DNA from: Parvularia atlantis
Lineage: Eukaryota
Assembly (NCBI GenBank): GCA_943704415.1
Contig: CALSCO010000480.1
Coordinates: forward strand, 1-32,778
DNA length: 32,778 nucleotides
Reading direction: 5' to 3'
Shown: one piece after another, positions 14,603 to 23,246 of the stretch
Numbering within the stretch: position 1 is the stretch's first letter
Layout of the letters: each line of letters opens with the position of its first letter
Program-made: the position numbers and the translations under genes
The notes under the pieces: model-generated
What the model was told of the DNA's origin: nothing
Databases searched by the model: none
Seen by the model: only the letters and a program-made list of their open reading frames with translations

Positions 14603-17600
14603 CGATGCCCGTGACGTTCAGCTTGACGTGCCGCCGACGCTGCCCAACTCGACCTCGGCCACCGCGGCGCCCATGTGCTACGGCTGCACGTCGACGGCGG
14701 TCGCGGAGCTGCTGCAGCTGCTGTGCGACATCGTCGCCGCCGCACCCTCGGCCGCACACACGCTGCACGAGCGCGGCCTGATGGACGAGCTGCTGTCGCA
14801 CAACCTGCGCCGCAACGGTCAGGCGACCGTCAGCGGCAAGGCAGCGAAGGCCAATCCGATTGAGCAGCTCGCGTACGCGTGCGCACGCCTTGGCGCGGCA
14901 TAACTCACGCGCGGTCGCGCGCAGCTCCCTCGTCTGTGCGATGGCCAAGGACGACGCCCGCGCGACCGCGAGCGTGCTCGAGACCGTGTGCGCGCGCGTC
15001 GACTACTCGCTGCGCAACCTGTCGTCGCTAGACGTGTCGCAGGTGCTGGGCGCTGAGGTGCGCGCGCTCGTGCGCTCGAAAGCACGGCAACGAGCTAACG
15101 ACCCACCGCAGGTGACGCTTCTGTGCCGCGCCGCGCTCATGGACGACACCGTGTGGGAGCAGCGCATGCGCGGCGTGTTTGAGGTCTTCTTCATGGTGCG
15201 CGCGCGCTCGCCGGTGAGCGCTGCTGACAGGGCGACGCGCGTCACCAGGCCGTGCGCCTCGGCAGCGACAACCCGATTGTGATCGAGCGCGTCATCTTAC
15301 CGTGCCTGATGGTCCTGACCGAGCGCTGCGGTGACGTCGCCGAGCCCGGCAGTGCGCGGCTCGCCAGCGGTGCGATCAGGCGCTGGCGGGGGCCGCTGCA
15401 TGCTGACGCGTCCGCCGCGCGGCAGACGCCGGCCAGCCGCAGTGGACGCTCGCCCAGACGTCGACCGAGCAGTGGGTCTCGCGCGTGCTTGAGTTCTCGT
15501 CGCAGTTCAACGACAGCACCTGGGCGGCGACCGCCATCATCGGCGCGCCGCGCGTGTTCCCACGCTACGGCGACCTGCACGGTGCGCGGTCCCGCATTTG
15601 AACGCGCGCGCACACTCACACGGGCGCGGGCAGGCGCCTGGGCCTCGCGCACGGCCGGCCGCCCGGACGAGTTCATCGTGCTCCAGTTTGAGCAGCTGGT
15701 GCAGGTGCGCGAGATCAAGATCTACGAGACCAACGTGCCCGGGGCGGTCGTGCGCATCCTGGCGCTGCCCGCGACGGTGCAGGACGTGATCGACGGCGCA
15801 CGAGAGCGGCCACCGCAAGCCGCGAAGGTGCGCAGCCGTACACATGCCGTCTGCACTGACAACGCGCGCGCCAGGACCTGTTTGTGGAGCTGTGGTCGGG
15901 CGCAAGCACCGTGGGCGTGACGCCGCCAGAGTCGCGCATCTTCTCCCCGGCCCTGACTAGGCGCGACGTTGTGACGCGCGTCCTCCGGCTCGAGCTGGAC
16001 TGCCGCCGGGCGTCGTCCTGGTGCGAGATCGACGCGGTGCAGGTGCGCGACATCGACACGCGTCGCGTGAGCCGCGCCGGCTGAGTTTGCGCGCACAGGT
16101 GATCGGCCCGGTCGCGCAGCTTCCGTCGACGGCCGGCCGCGAGCGCGAGGCGGCAGCGTCCGCCGCGACGGCGTCCTCGGCCGCAGCCGCGCTGCTGCTG
16201 CGCGAGGTGCCTGAGCTGGAGCACTTCCCCGAGATGTTCAGCGACGCGTGGCTCGCCGGCTCCGACTCGTACGCGCTCTGGTCCGAGCGGCAGTCGACGG
16301 TGCGCGCGGCTCGTGTGCGTGCGCCTCGCGTGCTGACGTGCCGCATGCAGGCTGCGGCATACCGCAAGACGCGCGAGGGCGCCCTCGTGGCCAAGTCTGC
16401 CCAGCGCTGGCTGCAGCGGACGCGAAGCGCGCGCGACGCCGTGCAGCGCAAGCGCTCCGGCGACGACAACTCGAGCACGGCCGCCGCGGCGATGCTCGGC
16501 GGCAGCTTGACCGAGGCCGGCCCGGGCGGGTGGTTGCCGCGGCTGCTACTGAACGCACAGTCCAGTGCCGTTCGTACTCAGGTGCGCGCACCGGGGCCTA
16601 AGCGTCTACGCGAGGCTGACTTGCATGGCGGTTGCAGGCGGCACGGCTGTTTCGGGCGCTGGCATCGGACGAGGCTGCGCGGCTGCCTGTGCTCAGGCTG
16701 CTCGTGGACATGCTCGGCGTAGTCGTGACAGGCGACAAGGGCGAGAGCGCGCAGGACTACTTTGCGCTGCTGGGCGTGCTCTCGGCGCTTGACGCGGACA
16801 AGCGGGCGATGGTCGCGCACGGTGCGTGCCGCGGCCGCCGCGGCCGCCGAGAGCGCAGATGTGACCTCGCAAGCAGGCTTCCTCAAGACGCTCTGCGGCC
16901 AGATCTACATGGAGGCCTCGCGCATCCGCTTCCTGGACGAGACCGGCGTCAACGCCGAGAGCGACCTGGCGCAGGTGCGGCCCGTGCTGCCTGCGAGCTT
17001 TGTGGCACTCACTGCGGCGGCAGAGCTTTGTGCTGACCGAGCTGGTCGAGACGCTCGTCAAGTTTCTCGCCATCCCAGCCGTCCGAGGCGAGTTCATCGA
17101 GCAGGCATGTCGTTGGCTGCGCGCCCTGCGTGTGCGCGTGTGCAGCGCTGAGCCGACGACGACGTGGCAGGCGCTCAACGCGCAGCTGCTCAACGCGTAC
17201 CTGTCGCTGCGCGGGCTCGTGTTGCAGCGGTCGAAGCTGACTCAGGAGGCCGCCAAGAAGCTGCTGGAGCAGGTGCAGTCGGTCGCGGCGTCGTCGCCGG
17301 CCGAGACGGAGCGGTGCGTGCGCGCTTGGTGTGCGCACAGTCCGCGACGTTGACGGGCGTGCCAGGTTCCTTGTCGGCTGCATGCACGCGTTCGAGCGCT
17401 GCCAGGCCGACTGGGACACGAAGACGGCCACGTTCATCCTCGAGCAGGTGTGCAGCATCATCCGGCCCGAGAAGCCCAAGGTGCGCGCGGCCGGTCCGGG
17501 CGTGGCGCACCGCTCACCGTCCGAACAGGAGCCGTTCCACCTCGTGTTCGAGAAGATCTCGACGCAGGAGGAGTTTATCCGCGGCAGCCTCACGCACAAC

Positions 17601-20600
17601 CCGTACCCGCACACGGACGTGGGCGAGCTGATGCGCGACGTCAAGAACAAGATCTGCACCGAGCTCGAGCTGTACGGCCTCGTGGAGGACGACAACGGGA
17701 TGGAGCTGCTCGTCGACAACAAGATCATCGCACTCGACCTGCCCGTGCGGGTGCGTTGCCAGCCTGAAGGAGTGTGCGCGCGCGGGGGCGATCGCTGATG
17801 CACGCACGGCAGGACGTCTACGAGCGCGTGTGGAAGACGGGCGAGCGCGCAGCGGGCGAGACGCCGCCAATGGTCGTCGTGTACCGCCTGCAGGGGCTTG
17901 ACGGTGCGCCCTGGCTCAACAACAGGATGCGCCGCGCTGACGCGTTGTGCGTGGCAGGGCTGGCGACGGAGGAGCGGGTGGACTCGATCGCGGTCGAGGA
18001 GGAGCAGACACAGGACCCCGAGGAGGCGTTCAAGATCACGGCGGCAGTCGGCGTAGACGGGCTGCGCGTGTGCCTGAGCTTCCTGCAGGCGATCGAAGAC
18101 ATCAAGTCGCAGAAGGAGGTGCGGCGTGCGTGCGGCTGGGCACCCGTGCTCACACGCTCGCCCGCAGCTGTTCTTGCTCGTGCTGCGCCTGCTCTCGTAC
18201 TGCATCAACGTGCGCAGCAACCGGCGCGCGCTGTGGCAGCTGGACGCGCTCCGCTTCCTGCTCGACAAGCTCAAGCTCGTGTTTATGGAGGAGGCGCGCA
18301 CCAAGAGTGAGGAGATTTCGCAGGTGCGCCGCCGTGGCGCTGTTGCAGGGGTGGCGCTGCTCACGCGGCGGTGGGCGCAGACGCTGCTGCGGATCATGGA
18401 GGCCATCGTGACCGAGGCGAACCGCGACACGCAGGCGGCCGGCGGGCAGGCGCGTGAGGACGATGGGTGCGTGTCGCGGCGGCGGCCGCGACCGAGGCGC
18501 GCTGCTCACGCAGGGCTCTCAGCGCCTACATGAACATGTTCCTCGAGAAGCTATCGTCGCCGCTGCTCATGCAGCTGTCGACGCCGCAGAGCCAGCAGGT
18601 GCGGCCGCCTCCCGTTGGCCGACGAGGCATGCCGTGAACGCACGTGCGCGCACGCTTAGGTCGTGGCCGCCATCACGCGCGTGCTGCCGTTCCTCACCTA
18701 CGGTGTCGAGAAGACGATGCAGCGCCTACTGGACTTTTTCCTGCCGCACGTGCAGGTGCGTCACGGGGCGTGTTACGTGCGGCGCGCTTGCGTGCGGTCT
18801 CACGTCGCGCGGCAGTTTGCCGAGTTTGACAAGTGCGAGGGCGAGGGCGAGCAGGGCGGCGGCGCGGCGGCCGCGCGGGCCAGCACGAAGATGTTCCACG
18901 CGAGCTCGTTCCACCTCGACTGCCTCGTACACGTGGTCGAGAGCATCAAGGCCGACGCCGTCGGAGCGCGCCTCAAGTCGTTCTTTGCGCAGCACGGACT
19001 GCTCGACCTGGTGGTGCAATACGTTCAGAGCTGCCGGCCGGCGTCGTTCCCGAGCGGTACACGCGCGCGTGCAAGCGTCCGCGCCCGCACTCACGCTCAG
19101 CGTGGCGTCAGCGGTGGCCGACGACTGGGTGCCGATCCTGAACCGACCGGCCCTGCCGATCGCACTGCGACTGCTGGCAGGCCTGGCGGACCGGCACCGC
19201 GAGACGCAGAACCGGGTGTGCTAAGCTGTGCACGCCTGCGCGCGTGCATGGGCACTGACGCAGCGCGCGCAGCTTGTGCAGGTGACGGAGCCCGACCTGC
19301 TGGCGGTGCTGCACCAGATGGAACAGCTGACATCGGAGCGCCGCGTGGGCTCGTTGGCCGAGACCGTGCTGGAGGTGTGTGCACGCTCGCGCGGCGACGA
19401 CGGCGCGGCACGTTGACGCCGAGGCTGCGCCAGGCCCTGTGCACGGACAACGACGACGTCGCGCGGCTCGTGGCGCGTGCGCGCGAGATCACCAAGGAGC
19501 GCAAGCGGTCGCTCGCCCTCGCGCAGCGCCAGAACATGCTCAAGACGATGGGCTTCCAGCTGGCGTCCGAGTCGGACGGCGGGCGGATCATTGCGACGGT
19601 CAAGGTCGAGGGCATCGAGGAGATCGAGGTGCGGGCGCGCGGACGGCACGCGCCGGGCGGGTGGGTGACCCCGCGCGCGCTCATCGACGCAGAGCGAGCT
19701 GGCCGACCCGCACGCGCTTGTGTGCATCGTGTGCCAGGAGGGCTACAAGTATAAGCCGGACGAAGTCCTGGGCGTCTACGTCTTCAACAAGCTCGCGCAG
19801 ATCTCGCTCGGGGCCGGGGATGCGCTCGCGCGCTCCGAGCGGTGCGCCGTGTGGTCACGCATGCAACTGTGCGTCCTGAGCCCGCGCCGCGCCAGGATCG
19901 TCCTCACCGTGAGCCACTTCCACGCGATCCACATCTCGTGCCACAGCCAGGCCACGCGCCTCGACCGGACCGGCCGCGCGCACCGCGAGGAGTGGGACGG
20001 CGCGACAGTGCGTCTGCTGCAAGCGCGCACACGCGCACAGGCCTTACGCCGTCGCGCAGCTGCGCAACTCAAACACACGGTGCAACAACCTCCTGCCGGT
20101 GCAGGGCCCGAGCATTCCGGACGACAAGTACGCGCACCAGGTGATGCAGTACCTGTCGCGCCTCGTCGACTTGGGTCTGTCCGACACGGGCAACCGCTTC
20201 CGGCAGGCACGTCTGTTTGTGCGCACGAGACGCGACGCGCATGCTGACCGCGCGCGCTGCGCAGCACGTGCACGAGACGCGCGCGCTGCTCGTCAAGATC
20301 TCGTTCAAGGAGAGCCTGTCGATCGACAGCCAGGGCGGGGGGCGTGAGAGCAACCTCAAGCTTGTGCCGTTCCTGGTGCAGATGGGCATGCACCTGGCGC
20401 GGATCAACGGCGCAACGCAGTTTGCGGCGCTCCAGGGCAGCCTGCAGTCGTACGTGGACGCGGCCGTAACGGACCTGCCCGCCGGGACGGAGCCCGACGA
20501 TGTCTTCTACCACCTGACGATGTCGCTCTGCCTGTTCCCGACCGAGCGCTTCCGCAAGCACCGCCTCGCCTTCCTCGCGCGCGTGCTGCTGCTTGCGCTG

Positions 20601-21116
20601 CGGCGCACGCCGCGCGGCAGCTCCGAGGGCGTCGCCGCGCTCGTGCGACCGGCGCTGTCCGACGCGTTCCAGCAGACGGCGCGGCCGCTGCTCACGCTCT
20701 TCGCGCTCGTGAGCCTGCTGCACACGGACGTGCTGCAGCCGGCTGCGCCGTCGATTGGGTCGCCGTCGCCGGTGCGTCTCAACGCGGCGGATGCGCCGAT
20801 GCGCTGATGCGCATGTGTGCGTGCAGCCCGACGACGCCAGCAAGGGCGACATGGCCGCGCGCATCGACCTGCTGCAGCGGCACGCGAGCGTGGCAGTCCA
20901 GCGCTGCCACGACCTGGTCGAGCGGCTGGACGACGAGGTCTTTTGCCTCGAGCAGTGCGATGAGTTCCTCGACGTGACGGGTGCGCACACCCAATCGCGC
21001 TTGACGTTGTGCGGCGGCTAACGGCGGCGGCTGGCGCAGGCGCGCTGGACGACGTCGTGGTCGCGCACGGCTCGGCGCAGGGGTACTACGAGTCCGTGTT
21101 CACGGTAGTAAAGTGA
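51..21116 (+). CDS. UBR4: Giant UBR4/BIG (p600/Pushover)-type E3 ubiquitin ligase, multi-exon, 5'-partial
   Basis: The window opens inside an intron (ctcac...gcag ending at 50). Spliced exons give UBR4/BIG hallmarks in order: UBR box, beta-propeller-like region, DOC-like 'VVIVGLRVLVG', ZZ finger, 'YHLESSPCPGCS..PE', Cys-rich 'CPRCSRVVTDRHGICRNCHENAFQCRHCRNINYE', 'EKISTQEEFIRGSLTHNPY..GELMRDVKNKIC', 'PPMVVVYRLQGLDGLATEE', C-terminal 'CIVCQEGY..KP..VLGVYVF', 'EEWDGATLRNSNTRCNNLLP', 'GGGRESN' and 'EFLDVTG..VVK' TGA (21114-21116). Exon boundaries in the poorly conserved N-terminal part were only partly traced. Confidence 0.95.
6451..6760 (+). other. UBR-box zinc finger of UBR4 (split by two introns)
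   Basis: Spliced translation [65 protein letters not shown] matches the zf-UBR pattern. Confidence 0.95.
11061..11192 (+). other. ZZ-type zinc finger within UBR4
   Basis: YRCDGCQLTPIIRERYHCRVCADYDICAMCF...HDEHEM fits the CxxC..CxxC..CxxC..HxxH ZZ pattern; flanked by acidic and Pro/Ala-rich linkers. Confidence 0.93.
13551..14160 (+). other. DOC-like domain plus Cys-rich region of UBR4/BIG
   Basis: YHLESSPCPGCSFPE..KAEVKYT..KMVASIDVFYCNK..ELKN..W..QTEV..PVTAMNLKIQFSSFHEN..LMCPRCSR..HGICRNCHEN|AFQCRHCRNINYE..FLCIDCG, a strongly conserved UBR4/BIG segment. Confidence 0.88.
14535..14600 (+). repeat. CAA(CAG)21 trinucleotide repeat encoding 22 Gln in UBR4
   Basis: Directly visible; in frame within exon 14074-14872. 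Confidence 0.97.
15470..16107 (+). other. FBXL4 N-terminal-like (discoidin/galactose-binding-like beta-sandwich) domain inserted in UBR4
   Basis: Spliced over three introns: QWVSRVLEFSSQFNDSTWAATAIIGAPRVFPRYGDLH|GAWASRTAGRPDEFIVLQFEQLVQVREIKIYETNVPGAVVRILA..|DLFVELWSG..ESRIFSPAL..TRVLRLELDCRRASSWCEIDAVQ|VIG. Resembles recalled FBXL4 motifs FSS.Y, P.VFP..GD, ETY.PGAV.RILA, ILWS, RQF.P, TELDAV.L.G. Confidence 0.82.
19720..20100 (+). other. C-terminal hemiRING/E3 catalytic region of UBR4
   Basis: VCIVCQEGYKYKPDEVLGVYVF..TVSHFHAIHISCHSQA..REEWDGAT|LRNSNTRCNNLLP. Confidence 0.88.
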
Positions 21117-21158
21117 AGGTAATGTGTGGTAGAATCGACGTTCTGTTGTTTTGCAGTG

Positions 21159-22427
21159 ATGCCCGCGAGGACGTTGCTCAGCAGTGTGCTGCTGACGGCG
21201 GCGGCGGCGGCGGCGGCGGCGGCTTCGGTCGCCGTGCGCGCGCTCGACGTGCGTCGCCGCGCCGTGAGCGCTGCTGCCGCGCCGCTGACTACGTCGGGAG
21301 ATCACAGGTCGCCGACGAGGCGCCGCGCGTGACGTTGCGCTTCGCCGACGACGCGCGAGAGGAGATCCGCCTGACGAGCTTCGGGTTCCGGGCGGGTGGG
21401 CACTGGAACGTGACGCTGCGCGGGCTCGTCGTGCGCGACCTGCACAACGACTACCCGCAGACGGGCGGCGGCTTCGCGGCCAACAACCTCACCGGCCTCG
21501 TCTTCCGCTCCGCCACGACGCGCTCGGCCGCCGACGGGGCCCTGGAGGCCTGCACCAAGACCGCCGCCGAGCTGCTCGACAGCGACACCCTCGTCTTCTT
21601 CCCCTTCCCGGACGGCACGCCGCTGTGCGTGGGGCCGCCTCTGCCGCCGGTGCCGCATGCGGCCGCTCACCCGCCGCCGTCCCGCAGCTGGAACAACGTC
21701 ACGCGCTTCACGGCCGCCACCGCCGCGCTCTGGTCCATCGTCATGATCAACTGCCGCTCAAACACGCTGCTCACGTTCGACGTGCACACCCCGCGGGCGC
21801 CCGCGCCCGTGCGCGCCCCGCTGACGCCCGCGGCGCGCAGTTTGAGTACCAGTTGGAAAACCCCGGGCCGCGGTACCTCTCGGCAGGTGATGAACCGCTG
21901 CCGCTCGTGCTCGGGCTGTACGCGGCGCTGTTCCTGGGTGTGTCGTGCGTGTGGCTGGGCATGCTCGTGTACTCGCGGTGCGTCGGCGGCGGGACTTGGG
22001 GTGCACGCGCGCGCGAGGCAGGCTGGCTGACAGAAGCGCGCAGCGACCGCCGCGTGCTCTGGCCGCACTGGGTCATGCTCGCGTTGTACCTGATCAAGGC
22101 CATCTCCCTTGTGATGGACTCGGTGCGCGCGTTCGTGCTCACTCATCGGCTGCGCAGCTGACCGCCCGCCGCGCGCAGATGAAGTACTACTACGTCATGA
22201 TGGGCGCCAACCCGAACGGGTGGACGATCAGCTACTACGTCTTCCTCTTGTGCGCGCCGCCCGGCCGCGTCGCCGGCGCATGTGCTCACCGCTCGCACGC
22301 CACGCGCGCAGCCTCAAGGGCGGGCTGCACTTTTCGATCCTGTTCCTGATCGCGACCGGGTGGGTGTTTGTCAAGCCGTACCTGTCGGACCGCGACAAAG
22401 TTGGGCTCGCCGTCGTGCTGGTGCTGC

Positions 22428-22503
<76 letters not shown>

Positions 22504-23220
22504 CACTCCGGGTCGCGCTCGGGCGGCTGATGCAGGCGCAGGGCGTGTCCAACACGGCTTATGTGGTCTACTCGGAGATGTCGGACACGTCGAGCGCGTG
22601 GACGTTCTGGGTGCGCCGCGCGTTGGCAATGGGCACGCCGTTGTGACACTGCGCGGTCTGCGTCGCAGCGCTTCTCGTTCATCGTCGTCGACCTCGCGTG
22701 CTGCTTCATCGTCGTGCTGCCGATCATGCAGACAAAGCAGCACATTGCCCAGAGCGACCCGGAGGGCAAGCGTGCGTGGTTGCGTGGCCCCTCGTCGCTG
22801 CCGCGCCTGCTCACACGCGGTGGCCCGGCAGGCGACGCGCTCAAGGCCAAGTATAACCTGTGGGGGCGGCTGTATATCATCATTTTCAGCTACGTCTACA
22901 TCACGCGGTACGGGCCGCGGTCGCCTGGCTGCGCGTCACGGACACTGAGCGTCGCGGCGTGTACGCGCAGCATCGTTGTGGAGCTGATGCGCGTCGTGCT
23001 GTACTACGACGTGGCGTGGCTGGCCGAGTTCTTCGAGGAGATGTCGACGGCGGCGTTCTACGTCTACCTCTGCTACGCGTTCCGGCCTGTGATTGACAAC
23101 CCGTACTTTGAGGTGGCGATGGACGACGAGGACTTTGAGGAGATCCCGCTCGAGACGTTTGGGCGGCTGCGGCACCGCGACGGCGGCATGCGGCGCGCGC
23201 AGAACGGCGGCATGGAGTGA
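21159..23220 (+). CDS. GPR107: GPR107/GPR108 (Lung 7TM / GOST family) membrane protein, 11 exons
   Basis: ATG 21159 starts a signal-peptide-like N-terminus (MPARTLLSSVLLTA9SVAVRA). Ten GT-AG introns give SFGFRAGGHWNVTL, YLSAGDEPLP, HWVMLALYLIK, LIATGWVFVKPYLSDRDK, VDLACC, YVYITRI and FRPVIDNPYF, ending at TGA 23218-23220. GPR107 vs GPR108 cannot be distinguished. Confidence 0.92.
21198..21224 (+). repeat. (GCG)8GCT repeat encoding 9 Ala in the predicted signal peptide
   Basis: Directly visible in exon 1 of the GPR107-like gene. Confidence 0.9.
22430..22500 (+). repeat. (GT)35G microsatellite starting at the 5' splice site of GPR107-like intron 7
   Basis: Perfect dinucleotide run directly after exon codon CAG; the intron spans about 22430-22541. 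Confidence 0.97.
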
Positions 23221-23246
23221 GCCTACTATTGCGTTATACATAGGCG

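Noticed and set aside
9591..14903. The 916-, 589- and 316-aa ORFs as separate genes
   Set aside because: They join in frame via introns 12301-12358 and 14018-14073 and are consecutive parts of UBR4.
13872..14948. Minus-strand poly-Leu ORF and poly-Ala ORFs
   Set aside because: Alternative-frame readings of the CAG repeat.
51..21116. Stop-codon readthrough, alternative genetic code, or pseudogene/frameshifted UBR4
   Set aside because: In every segment traced, stops and frame changes fall inside GT/GC-AG introns (often at the CTGAC branch motif); TGA, TAA and TAG are all used as real terminators.
21105..21156. Spliced UBR4-GPR107 fusion protein using a donor at 21105
   Set aside because: Joining ACG to the acceptor at 21156 puts TGA immediately in frame, so no fusion protein results.
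22220..22948. ORFs with VCVCVC or HTHTHT tracts suggesting metal-binding proteins
   Set aside because: Translations of the intronic (GT)n microsatellite.
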